This document shows, piece by piece, positions 25,845-38,382 of a DNA stretch of 64,000 bases (position 1 is the stretch's first letter; every line of letters starts with the position of its first letter). Where the stretch lies: assembly GCA_010015585.1 (NCBI GenBank), contig ML975154.1; one strand, written 5' to 3'. Made by a program: the position numbers and the translations under genes. The notes beneath the pieces were generated by a model that was not told the origin of the DNA, ran no database searches, and saw nothing but the letters and a program-made list of their open reading frames with translations. The stretch is from Eremomyces bilateralis CBS 781.70. Taxonomy: Eukaryota.

Positions 25845-26370
25845 GTCTCAGAAGCTCGGAAAGGACGGTGAATCCGGGTATCGATAAACCTTGTCGATAA
25901 ACCTTTAGTGATGGAAAAATGAGTGTACAGTGAATAAGTTTTACTTCTGATTTCATGGATTCTGTTCTCAACGGAGTCAAGCAAATGTCTTGTGGTGTGC
26001 CTCGTATGACTTCGCTTTTCATTCAACCCCACGATCGCATGCTGAATCTTTTTCCATGAGCCTTGACGCTTTCTTCGCCTTCAAGTCACCAGTACCTATT
26101 CACAGAGTCCTCGTTTCTGGTCTTCACTCGGAATCATCCTCGTCCTAACCTTCGCAATGTGCTGCTGGCCATTCACCGACCTGGAAATCGAAAGCCCCCC
26201 TCGAGTGGTCTATTACAATCCTAGGTACACGTCTCATGGTGCAGTAAGTCAATACATTTCTATATTTTCTAGAAGATCAATTCGCTCTACAGAAATCCGA
26301 TCAGTCCCGTGATTCTCGCACCTTCCTGCTTTTGTGTTTTGCACGTTTTAACACCAACCGCTTCTCGCAT

Positions 26371-26404
26371 CTTCAACTTCAACTTCAACTTCAACTTCAA
26401 CTTC
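26371..26404. repeat. (CTTCAA)~5.7 repeat in the leader of the 26516 gene
   Basis: Direct reading. Confidence 0.9.
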
Positions 26405-26515
26405 GCTATCACATCTCACTGTCTGTTCAACCTCACACACTCTGCCTTCTTCATTTCTTTCTTCCATTCATTAACCATCAACTACACTCTCCCATTCATC
26501 AAAACAAAGATCACA

Positions 26516-27270
26516 ATGGCCAACAATCCATTTACCCAGCCGCGTCTTGAAGATCAAGCGACAACCTACACCTACGTCCCGAGAACCAGTGGCCCAACTT
26601 ACCCTCCCTCCGCATACGGGTATCAGGCTCCCATCGAAGGATCTCATCATATGCAATACCCTCAATATTATGGCCAGCAGGTAAGGTTTCCACATTGGCG
26701 TTTATCCCCAGCATCATGCCACACCGTCCAAGTCTCACCGGCCCGGTCAGTCCTAACTCACAGAAGACACCTCCAGTCTACTATGGCGCCCCTCCACCCG
26801 CCCCGATGTATCAAGGTCAAGGATATCCTGTTTACCAATTCCAGGGAGCCGCCCTCGACGGCGCCTACTACACCAACGCCGGCGTCCTCCCCCTCACTCC
26901 CGGCCAACCCGGCTACATCCCCGGCTACAACCCGCTCGCCACCCCCTTCTACCCCGCCCAACCAAACCCCATTATGCAGCAACCCCTCGTCGGCAACCCG
27001 CAAGCACCCCAAGCTTACTACTACGGTCGCACCGAAGCCGAAGTCGCCGAAGACGAGGCGCGCGCGTGGGTGGCCGGCGCGCCTGAGCGCACGGGCGATA
27101 TCGCGCCGGACAACGCGAAGTTCGACGATATGTTCTATGTCATCGATCTGGATGGCACGAGGGATCAGCGCAGCTTTGCGACCATCATGAATGCGTGCAA
27201 GCCGGGGAGGTGGCATAAGGATATTTATGGGTCGTTTTTCTTCGTGCGTCATCAGCCGGCGCCGAAGTGA
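26516..27270 (+). CDS. Pro/Tyr/Gln-rich protein of unknown function with a small C-terminal globular domain; intron 26681-26763
   Basis: Good start context (ACAATGG). Intron GTAAGG...CTAAC...CAG is in frame. Low-complexity PYQG-rich region, then YYYGRTEAEV...DDMFYVIDLDGTRDQRSFATIMNACKPGRWHKD...FFFVR. GC-rich third positions. Confidence 0.75.
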
Positions 27271-29441
27271 TGGCGGGGAGATGATATCGCCTTGCGAGTT
27301 AGGTGATGACGAGATGGTTTGTGGGCTACGTGGTTGAATTGGGGGAGGGGGTCCATGAGTTGCTTCATCGTTGTGAGGTTATCACTTTTCATAAGGGGGT
27401 TCATTACGGTCAAGGTTGCTAGAGGGTGGGGAGTTTCGAGTGAAGTCATCGACAGACCTCAAAGGAGAGAACAGGTAAGCCATTCACAGTTCCTGAAATA
27501 CGAAAGAACTTGACTTGAGCTAACCGATATGTCAGTCCATAACCATCAGTGGGGATCACTGCGCTTCGAGACAGGCATACGGCTTCGGATGGGCGCGCAA
27601 CATGTCCGGCTTGCTGGAAATTCATCACCCTTCCTTTCTCGAATTCCCTCGAGTATCTTCTTTCTCAACAGGATGAATTCTCCTTTCAAATTCTCCCCGT
27701 ACAGCTTCGCGATGCGTGTTAAGTAGCGGTTACGGGACACTCAAACAAGCTTTACTCCTACGGCATCGAGAATCAAAATTCAATTGATATCAAACCCCAG
27801 CACCCCGTCCAGTGCAATCAAGCATTATGAGATATCGCTGATTATTCCCGCTACGTTAAAATGCGTGAATTCCTTGAAGCGGGAGAAATGCTCGTCTAGA
27901 AGGACTGGTGACAATCCAGTGTCTATCTCATGCCATTGTGATGGCATTCCTACTGCCCCTGCAACTGCGTAAATACAATGACCATGTATTTCGGCCGACC
28001 TTGAGAAGATATCCGATATCAGGTATCTCGGTCAATCCCAGGTTGACGCGTGACTAGTTGCTACCATGATGCTCCGATTACATAGTATTTGTACGCTAAT
28101 ATGATTCTAGTGAGAACGCCAAGGACAGTCGACGCACAGAGCTCGGTTTCTCCGCCTCCATAGCCCGATATGCCACAGCATTCGATCACCCAAAACCAAA
28201 ATCCACAGCCTTAGACCGTAAGCGACGAATTTGACTTTGACGCATCTAACTCGCCAAGCATTCCAAGGCTCCGAGTAGCTCAAGTTAACTTACAAGCCTG
28301 ACTCGTCGGTTCCCCAGACGACCTCACGTCAACGGTGAAGTTGGTCGTCATTGTTCGGCTGCTGTGGTACAACGGATGACTTCAGGTTGCTTAGGCATAG
28401 GCTCAACAAGCTCGCGTTCGAAGAGATGGAGGTAGATCGGCTGCGGGTGGAGCATGTTTCATCGGGCCTTGCGCGTCGGGGAGAGGGAACGAGGACTGGC
28501 TCGCGGTGAGATTGGGCACGACGCAGGGAGCAGGCACCGCGACTCGATCGTAGGATGGATCAGATGCCAGGGGAGGCCAATAGAGGAATATGTTAGTATT
28601 GAATGCATAGGTGCGTTTAGAGAGACGAAACGACGCGATCCAGGAATGCAAATATGAGGTCATGTTATGACTACCGAGCTAGACGACAGCTCCAATATCG
28701 GCGGCTTGGATTGAATGACTGATAAACCGTACTGCGGACCGAATCTGGAGCGACTGATCTAGGTACTGCTTGAGAGAAACAGGTCAAGACTGCTCTTAGG
28801 TACACTATAACTAGGATTCAACAGTGTAACCGGGAAGGGAAATAGTCAATAGGATTCTAGGAACTTCTGACAAAGGTGATCGCAAGTTTGAGAGCATCAT
28901 ATATGTCCAACTGTGGCCTGTGTCAATAATAGCTTTTGACAGGCATTTTGGACATGATATATCTTTTTGCATAAAGGTTTGTATCCGATCGAGAACGGGC
29001 CAGGCAACAAGAATCTTCGAATCAATGAGAAGTATGGACTCCATCGTCAAGAATAAGAAGCTCAGCGCGTAGACTAGGACACAGATAGTTGCCTTTGTAG
29101 CATATCCGCTTTCACAAAACGGCATTTGTTGATGTCCTCTTCTGGTTGCTCAGACGGCTGCAAGCTTCAATCGTATCCCAATTTGTTGGACCACGTCAGA
29201 ATGCGATGGTAGGTACTTCGGAGTCTCAAGACGTCCATGTCCGAAAGCGTGGAGTGGTCCCGAACGGCGAAGTAAACCTCCTGAACTCAGGAGGTGCAAC
29301 TTAAACGTTCGCAAGACGGACACGATGATAACACTAACGCAAAGAAGAAAAAAGAAACAGTGCAAGGGATCGTGTCGCACGTGATGTGCTAAAATGGTTG
29401 GGAGTGAGGTGCTGTTGTTACAGCAGCGAAGTTGTTGTATT

Positions 29442-29835
29442 GGAGAGGTTTTGCAACCTCGAAAACCATTTTACAACTCCACTTCAACCCACCTTTCTGT
29501 CGGCCCTAGATCCTAATCGGGTTTACGGTGTAAATTTTGATGACCCACAGTTGTAACTCATTTACAACGGTTGTAATTGAGTTACAACTGGTTGTAAATG
29601 CGCTAACGAACTTTCGTGAAGTTTGATTGGCCGGAACCAAAGGTTTTGATGCCTTAGGCCACAATGTTGATGCCTTAAAATTATTTTTTACAACTTTTAC
29701 AACTTTTTGTTGCCTCGTTGCCTCAGGCTTAATATTATAGTTTATACGCTAACCTTATATAGAGATATTAACCGTTTTTTCTGTGGGGTTGTAAATCGAG
29801 TTGTAAAATGGTTTTCGAGGTTGCAAAACCTCTCC
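29442..29835. mobile_element. Non-autonomous DNA transposon (MITE), 394 bp, perfect 38-bp TIRs, 3-bp ATT target-site duplication
   Basis: Left TIR GGAGAGGTTTTGCAACCTCGAAAACCATTTTACAACTC (29442-29479) is the exact reverse complement of 29798-29835. ATT flanks both ends (29439-29441 and 29836-29838). No ORF inside. Confidence 0.9.
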
Positions 29836-31311
29836 ATTGTGTAAGTTGTGTGTAAGTTGTGTGTTCTAGCTGAATGCCTGGTCCCCCGGCCCTACAGATA
29901 TACGAGAGTCACGGCAAGATTATTAATGCAGTTTGTAGCCTTGGACTCCTAGAGCTCATGCCTTGGCCTGCGACAGATCGATACGCTACGAGGAGATTGG
30001 AATGTAACAATCATCATCTGGCTGGCTTAGCACTGCAGCCTATCGCTCATCCGTCCCACGTGTGTCATTCTGGTCTGTCGATGCCGTACGGTAGCACAGG
30101 CTCTATGGACGAGGTTTCCGACCGTAAAATCCCTCGCTTCCACCGTCTAGTCTAAGTCTAGGCTCCAAGGCGCCCATTTGCAATCTACAATCCGTAGACT
30201 AGCGCCCGCCATGTGGATGGAGTTGAAATAAGAAACTCCGCGAGGAGTGGGAGCCCTGGTCCGCAATATATTAACGCGGGGAGAAGACTCCGACGCGTGG
30301 TTGAAGCCGCGGAACCGCCAGCGTTCGGAGGTATTGTATCGGTTGAAAAAGACCCGATTCGCTCAATCCGTTGAAGGTGCTGAGACTTTGAAAACCTAGG
30401 GAAATGTAAAGCAGGGTGCGTAACATGTACGAGATACGCCGTATAAAGGACCTGACAGAATAGTCCGGCACAAGATCAAGGACGTCCACCTTGTGATGTA
30501 AGATTGCAAGAGACGTGTACGGTGTAATACTAACAAATTGGAGGAGGAGCAGAGGATACCAGAAAGAGAAAAAGGTATGGGTAAACGGGGCCGTGAAATC
30601 GTCAGTCTTTCGAGTTTCAAGTTTCAACGGCTTCCTCCACCCCAAGCGCGACGCCACCGACAAGGGGCCCCTTAATTAGGTGTTGCTTAGAATGATAGAA
30701 TCGCTTGGCGTGGGGCACGTCCATCGTTATCGAAATTATTTCGAACACCATGCAATATGCATGTGTTGATTGCAACGGGTTTCGCCCGTGGGCCCCCAGT
30801 AGTAGATCAATGCGTCGCGTCGTGACTTTCTGAAATAGGGGATAGAAGTTAGGGAAGTGGCGGGTATGTCAGATGCCCGGAATCTCAAGTCTGAGTAATA
30901 CGAGGGAATAGAAGTTGCCGGTAATATGCCGGATGTCCAGAATCGGGAGTAATGTAAGGGATGACGTTGGATGGCCTCCCAACGTTTTTATCTTGACCTC
31001 CTGGATCGCGCTCCCTATGGTCCTTCGCGCAAGGGACGTATGTTAGCGATGTACGCACCTTCACGGTAGTACGTACAGGTATCGAATGCAACATTGAAAT
31101 AAGACAATAGATTATCATTGCCCGCTAAGCTACGCGCATTTCCTGCGCCTGGGGTATCTGAATGCTTCTCCACAAAAGAGTTCCAGCCACACCAATTAGG
31201 TACCTACCCAGTGGATGCGGTCCTCCCAATGCCCACGCTTATGCAAAGAAATTAACGATATGAACACTAATGTACGCCACCAATGCTATATCTAACTCTC
31301 TCGAAACGGCG

Positions 31312-32709
31312 CTATGCGTCTGTTTTTTTGGTCTCGACCTGCTTCTCGTCCCACTCGTCCGAGACACTCGGCGGCGCTGCCGAACTGCTCGGTAGCAGGC
31401 TCTCCTGCGAACCTCCTTGCGCCGGAGGGTTGCTTAGCTTGCTGTTTTTCTCGCCTTTCGAGTCGAGCTCCACTTTGCTGTACCATGCCGCGCCAGCCAA
31501 GGCGATGGCCATGCCGATGCCGTTGAGTGGCCCGACCTTGACGTTGAAGAGGGTTATGCCGATGATGATGGTGAGGCACTGCTTCACGTTCCCGCAGACG
31601 GAAATGGTAAGTGCGCCGGCGAGTTTGTTGGTTTGGAAGGAGGAGACGTTGAGGAAGAAGGCGAGGAGACCGTTGCCGAGGAGCGCGATTGCGGTGTAAG
31701 TGGTGACCTCACCACTAGTAGTCGCGGATGCGAATGAGGACATCTCCCCTTTGAGGACGGCGCATAAGAGCGATTGGATCGCGGCGAGGGGAGACATGCG
31801 GAGGAGGAGTTCGAGAGCGGGTAGCTTTAGGGAGCCGGTCAAGAGTCGATTCGTGACGATCGTCTGTAATGCATGTAAGCCTGATATCAACGAATCCTCC
31901 GCCGATTGAAATGCATACCTTTACGGCGGCTAATATGACGCCAACCATGGTGGCCACGAAGCCAAGGGTGGTGAATTGGTAATCCCCATACGTCGCCAGT
32001 CCGACTCCGAAAATTAACGGGATCATGGAAAGGTAGGTCGAGGTGGAGTAAGTGCGGCTATAGACGGTTCGGTATAAAAGAATGGTGGCCACCGGACACG
32101 TTGATCGCATGATTTGATGAAAGGGAACGGAGACCATGTTCCTATTTGATAGTTAGCATCCCACTAGACATGGACCTTCGTAGAACGTACAATGAGACAT
32201 TGGACATGGCCACGTTGAGGGTGAAGAGGAACGAGAACATGGCCAGAATCATGTTCTCCCGGGGGGTCAGCTTTGTGAGCGTGAAGCTGCCCCGTAGCAG
32301 TAGAATACCACATCCGATGGATGCGGACGATGTATGAAGAGCTGTCAGTAGCCATGGAAATGACAACTATCCGCAGTTAGCGTCGACGATTCGTTTCTTC
32401 GGGATGTTCATCACTGACCCTCCCGAGTACTGCTTTGTTATAGATGGTCAAGGTGAGATTCAACATGAAGTAGGTTCCAAGATATGCGAGTTTCTTCCCC
32501 ATGGGGACCGTGTATTCGGTTTCTGTCGAGGGCTTCACATTTCTTGGATGCGATGTCTCAGTGCCGGCCTGGGCCTCGACATCCGCGTTTCTGCTGCCGG
32601 ATAGTAGACTGGTATGCATTTCGCGTTCCCTATCATGGTCGGTTTCGGTGTAGGACGCTGTGTCCAACGAGATCTTGTCGGTCTCGAACGAGCGGCGATC
32701 CGCAGCCAT
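31312..32709 (-). CDS. Nucleotide-sugar transporter (TPT/DMT, SLC35-like); introns 32418-32367, 32190-32142 and 31918-31864
   Basis: LTLTIYNKAVL, FPWLLTALH, FTLNVAMSNVSL, VSVPFHQIMRSTCP, ELLLRMSPLAAIQS and FQTNKLAGALTISVCGNVKQCLTI. About 10 TM segments; introns keep the frame. Confidence 0.9.
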
Positions 32710-33555
32710 CGGATCCTGTAACTACCGATAAGAGATTCCTGTGGGACCCCCAAAACTGGAAGAGCAGTATATTTGTGTGAACATAGGTTGAGAACTCTCG
32801 GAAAGTAATAGAGGCTGAGATGGGCTGTGTTCGATCGATCGGGTGGCGACCAGGAAATGATTAGGTACGGAAGTCGAGTCGAATATCAAACGGCCTCCAA
32901 CATGGATTGTAAAACGCAAGAAGCCTAGAACCATGAAAGACCCAAATATACGATCGGACGGGTAGGAGAATCAGGATGTCAAACCATGGAAGATCGGAGG
33001 TTAAGAGAGAGATTTTGACTGTCGATCTGATATGACATCAAAGGAAATGGCTCCCGGTCGGCAAGAGGCAGAGACTTTGGTAAAAAAGAGGAACACATCC
33101 TTGGTTGAGATCTAGTGGCACTCCGGCCAAGCCGGCGGCCAGGAAAGGTCGGGACATGGCTGGGAAATGGGATATGCGTTCCCGCTCATTCCCTGTCTAG
33201 TAGGGTCCAATAGGGAGATAATATAGGATGTGTTAGACAATGGACGGTGACTGGAGACTGGAGGGGGGAATTGCGGGTACGAAACCGGGCGATTTAATAC
33301 AGATGAGGGATTGCGTACCATTCCCTCTCCATCGGTGAATATACCGTGTACCATATGACAGTGATTTCTCTATTTCTGGTTCACTTGATATTGTATATTA
33401 TATTAATAGAGTTCTTCCATCCTCACCGTCTTCTGGTCAGAACTCAGTCAGCACAATCGACAGTCTTAGCTTATTGGTCGCGTGAGTTCTTTGGGGATGT
33501 GGAGAATGAACGTGGAGTTTGAAATACGTCGCGCGGCCCCTCCTTGTACCTAACT

Positions 33556-33595
33556 TGTTAGAAGCGGTTCTTGGCTGTTAGAAGCGGTTCTTGGC
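33556..33595. repeat. Perfect 20-bp tandem duplication TGTTAGAAGCGGTTCTTGGC x2
   Basis: Direct reading. Confidence 0.9.
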
Positions 33596-36500
33596 GAGAA
33601 GACTATCTAGCCCAATAGGAACGTGAAGCAAACGCCTCGTCGGGATTTTTAGCTGCTCAATTGCTTAGCTACTCTCCTTTCCATCTCCATTGCCCCTAGA
33701 GTTTTGCAGCTTGCACCCGGGTGGAGTGGCTGATCCGCAGCGTCCACGGCATTTCGGATGTCGGTCTATCATATCGGTATCAATCGCAGCTTCCCAGCTT
33801 TCCCCTCGCTGAGTGGCGAACCCGAACCATGTAATAATCCCTGATATAAAGATAGATACGAATACGGTCATCCGATGATATAGCCATCAAACGATCAAGA
33901 TGACTGGAGGGCTTAGCCGACGAATCCTCAATATCGATTTGAAATCAGGACAGACGACTAGAACAGGGAACGAATTTGCCATCGCGACCATCCATCCCAA
34001 CTGACTGGAACAAATATACATTGTAGGGGTTATGAAACTGCCACTTGGAGTTCCCGGAGCCAGTTGTACCACAGGCGCCTCTCCTCCTTTTCGGAGGCCA
34101 TGCCTGATGTAGGCAGGATAGGAAAAGGGATGGATAGCGGTTTGCGATTGGCATAAGGGAGGATCTATTCGCATTGTGTACCTATCCTTGACTTCCTGTG
34201 GAGTCAGATGTGTATTCTGTATGGAGTACGACGATGATAATTCCCAAAGACGGGACGATTCGTATCCTCTATTCCTCACCACTCATCAATAATCATCCGA
34301 CCCCGTCTGTGCTTTCATTATTGACACTGGTCGGACGAATCCAGGGCATGAAACAGCTATGGCCAGTGTCGGCAGTGGGCACAGATTAAGCATTCAGAGA
34401 ACTTCCGTTAATAGTTAATAAACACCTTTGGCCTTTATCCATTCCTAGTTTCCGCCCCGAAAGCGGAAGGGCAAGCGTATAAGCATTTCGGAAGATGCTA
34501 CACAGGCCACTGCGCCCGAATTTCGACGAATGAACGACGACGATTTCGGAATCCCTAGGCAAATGGGTTCGAGAAAGAATGAAAATTATCGGATAGAGTT
34601 CCGCTATAACGGTTAGCGTCAGGGCGATTGGCCCTAAATTCAGAGCCGCCCAGCATTTGATGACGCGTCACTGCTCCACAGACCCTAATCGGGGGTTTAA
34701 GCGTCGATCCGGCCGCCAATGCACGCTTAGCCTGGCCCCTTGGTTGGCTGGCCCGCCTGGGTAGAGTCGTCGGAGCGGAATTCCCAGTGGCTCCTTCAAT
34801 TTCCTCAAGGATAGGGCCGAGGAATGACGTTGTTTGGTTGTTTGTTAGGCAGTCTCATAATGTTGAAGCAAATTAACCTCTCTGTTACTGGTATCTATTG
34901 GGTGATTGAGTCAGCGCTGGATACGATTATGGCCATTTACTCAACTTGTATCAAATTCCCAAATGGCTTAGAGACATGGATTAAAAATGTGTGCTGTTTT
35001 TGTAACCTGTTGTGTTTCTTATCAAATTGAAAGCCACTATCGCTTGTTCACAGCAGGGTGGGGTGATTAGGACTTCTCTCGTACCACACCGGTATATGTA
35101 AAACGGACCATGCAGCGTCGAAGAAATGTTATCAGCGCATGTACGTAAGTACTCCGTAGCATATCTTGTAGTTCCAGTCTATTATGAGTGAAACATGTGG
35201 AAAGCATTGTTAACATCCAATGATCAGTTGGTCCTGAACTGTGGGATCATGGATGTAAGGCTGAAGCAGCCATTCAATTGTCTAACCACCGATGGATCTA
35301 TGCCGGTGATTAAGGATTTAGCCTGTTGAAAATTAAAAAGACTTGAAGCGGGAGAGCGTCCTAAATTGGCTCGAAGTGCTTATTCCATCTCGGTCCCATC
35401 AATGGTCAAGATCGGAAGGCAAAATATCATTTGGTGGAACAGCAAAGCTTCTACAAGTTACACTGGACAACCGGATGCTGGCCTGATCGAAACATATTCG
35501 GCCAATGGCCGCCTGGGCTGTGGATCATTTTTGTACCCAAACCGTAGGTAGATCGCTTCCGATATCTTAGCGGACCATATCATTAGGGGGAATTGAGGCG
35601 TTCGGTACAAACCGGTATGTCCACAGTACCATTCTTCGCCCCAAGTGCGTCTCTTCGAAGGTCAGATAGTCTGCCTCGCCTTTCCAAACCACTCGACGGC
35701 TCGAATTCGGAAAAGGGGGAGGATGATCGGGGCGATCGCGGTAACGGTGTCACGTTGCTCTGAGGCTCTGAGGTTATATTTGGCATTGCAGCTTTTTCCA
35801 ATTCCCGTGATGATGGACATCCGCAGGCAATACGACGGACATGGAGGGGCTTCGGTGACTACTTTAGTCTTCAGGGCACCACCGGAATACAGGGGGGTTG
35901 GAAAATATTGGCTGCTTTATTACTGCTTGGCTAAGCAAAATATTGCTACCTCATACCTGTACTTGTGCTTATGTAAACCAGCACCAGTATTTGTCCACCT
36001 TTTATCACTTCATCTGACGTTCATCGACATTCCCCAGCCCCAGCTCACAATCTTTCATTCATAATATCTCCTATCATGGTTATAGAATGTTACTACTTAC
36101 TAAATAGGAACGAAGATCCAGTAACGGCAACCACATCCCCTCTATGTGTAAGGATGTTCAGTATCTCTAGGAACTATTAACTCAACCAAAGTCCAGAATA
36201 CACCAGAGGTTGTTTCGATTCTTGCGATTGGGGGGCATATGACTAGACCTTGCCAACCAATGTGTCCTACAGCAGGATATATATTATCTTAGTGTAGTCA
36301 ATCGACAGTTACCTCCAGAATCCAACCCAACCAGAACTTGCTTGAAATACCACTTGCCCCCCCCCCCATTCATACAGTCATCGTCCCTAGGAGCCAAGAC
36401 CTACAACATCAGTACGAACATTGCAGAGGCTTATACTACGGACCATGTGGCTGACACTGTACATCAGTGCACCCTACACACTATCATAGGTGAACTATCC

Positions 36501-36622
36501 ATTGAAACAAACAATTGCGGTCAAATCAAATAGCCAACATGTATGCTGATGATTAGAATCTATTGTCCTGCCTGACTCAATCATGATGCACCTCGCCGTC
36601 GCCGAACGCCGAGTAAAAACTG

Positions 36623-37375
36623 TCACTGTCGCTGCCAGTGAGTGATCGCTTCATAATCGACTTGTTCTCTCTCGTACGTTTGCGAGAAAACGATATCGGC
36701 GTATTCCCACCAATCCCTCGCATCGGAGTCGCGCTGGAAAACCTAGCACATTCCCACCACTCAGGCAACCAACCAGCCAATTCCAAATCAATAATCGCAA
36801 CGACTTTCCCGTCTTGGACGAGGACGTTATGAAGATACAGATCGCAATGGGAGAAGACAATGCAGTGACTCCATTTCTTGTAGTTGATTGGTGAAAGCCC
36901 GCCGAAGTGGCGTGGATACGACAATGATTTAGGTTGTCGATGATGAAATTGTTGAACGCGGCCTCGTCTGGGAAAGGTCCTCCGTCACAAAATCGGTACG
37001 TAAGAATGTCCTGTATGGGGCCGCCGTCTATGGCACAGATGGCATTCAATGGAGGCTGAATTGACCTCATCTTGTCAAGTAATCTCGCAGTTGATATGCG
37101 ATGCTGGTCTTCTCCTCAGCAGACATAGACGGCCACACTTTGTCTAAGTGATCACCCTCGACATATTCCATCCGGATACCGACGCGGTTATTCGATAGCG
37201 TTTGAATATCATAGACGCGGGGAACCGGTATTTGATTCTCTTCCACAAGCTTCTGCACATGGCCTTCTCCAGCTCGTACTCGCCAGCCTGATTTGGCAAC
37301 AGAGTTTTCGCAGCGCTCGATGAAGGCGCCCCTGGAATCGAGAATGACAGTGGCTTTTTCAAGGCACTCAATATT
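36623..37375 (-). pseudogene. Aminoglycoside-phosphotransferase (APH)/choline-kinase-like protein, frameshifted pseudogene
   Basis: IPVPRVYD, IRMEYVEGDHLDKVWPSMS, GGPFPDEAAFNNF, IVFSHCDLYLHNVLVQDGKVVAIIDLELAGWLPEWWE and DWWEYADIVFSQTY lie in different frames (shifts near 37070, ~36900 and ~36735). Confidence 0.85.
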
Positions 37376-38382
37376 CTAATGCCCAATTCCAGATGATGTA
37401 CAAGAGGAACCTACCATGAAATGGGGGTATTCGTGGACATATTAAAGAAGTGAGGATACTCCAAGTGCAGCCGCAGGTTAGTTTCTTGAGTCGATCGGGA
37501 TTCTGGTACCATAATAGTACGCGGTCCAACGAAGATATTTATACAACTAACGCCACATCCGGAAACCCGCCTGGATGAATGAGGCATCCTCACACATTCC
37601 ATCTTGTGTAGGCAAGACCTAGAAACTGAAAAGCAACTGAAGGCCCAGCGGTTGTTGATTGGTTGGGATTAAACTGTCACTGGGTGTGGTTATCGATGGA
37701 TGAAGCTGTATGGATTATTAAGCACGTGATAACGGACAGCGTATTAGATACCGTAGAGGTACCGTATTGAAAGTAATTAAAGATGGTAAAATTCCACCGT
37801 CCGAAATTCCCGTAGCGGAGACAAGGTCACACCTTGTTAGACTGGAGCAGCACTGCAGCCGACATGGGCGTATCCACGCGGTGATTATCGATACTTAGAA
37901 AGTTACATCAAAAGTATAGACTACAGAGACTCCCTACCTCGAGTCCGCCAGCAGGCCAGCGCCCAGCACCAGTCTTGCTTTTGCCTCTGATGGAATTGGT
38001 GCCGGATCGCTTGCTAAACCCCAAATTAGATGTTATCCCCATACCTCCCCACTTGAAGTTCCAAATTTCTGGATTTTGCTTGCTGCAGGTCTCGCATCGC
38101 TGTCTCGCCGTTGGCTGTTTGTCCCGTCTCTTGTCCTTTCCTTTTCTACGGCAAGCGTACATGGACAAACAAGACATCTATCCCATTTCTTCTATATCTA
38201 AAGCCCACATATAAACCATCTTTTCTCCAAGTCATTGCTATCTTTTATGGTCTGAATCCCTCCATTGAAACCCTGATTCGCGCAATCGCCCCGCCACAGC
38301 GCTCATCTCTTCCGCTGCTCAACCTATTTCTATACGTACCAGGGCACCTCGGCAGCTGCACAGCTGTGCCTATGGGCGAATC

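Noticed and set aside
27546..29125. Short protein-like minus-strand ORFs (27546-27740, 28811-29125) near the MITE, considered as transposase remnants
   Set aside because: No DDE, Myb or RT motif recognised; a translated search would be needed.
30271..30663. 130-aa hydrophobic ORF considered as a glycosyltransferase remnant of the NST/UGD cluster
   Set aside because: No GT motif and no splice-consistent extension found.
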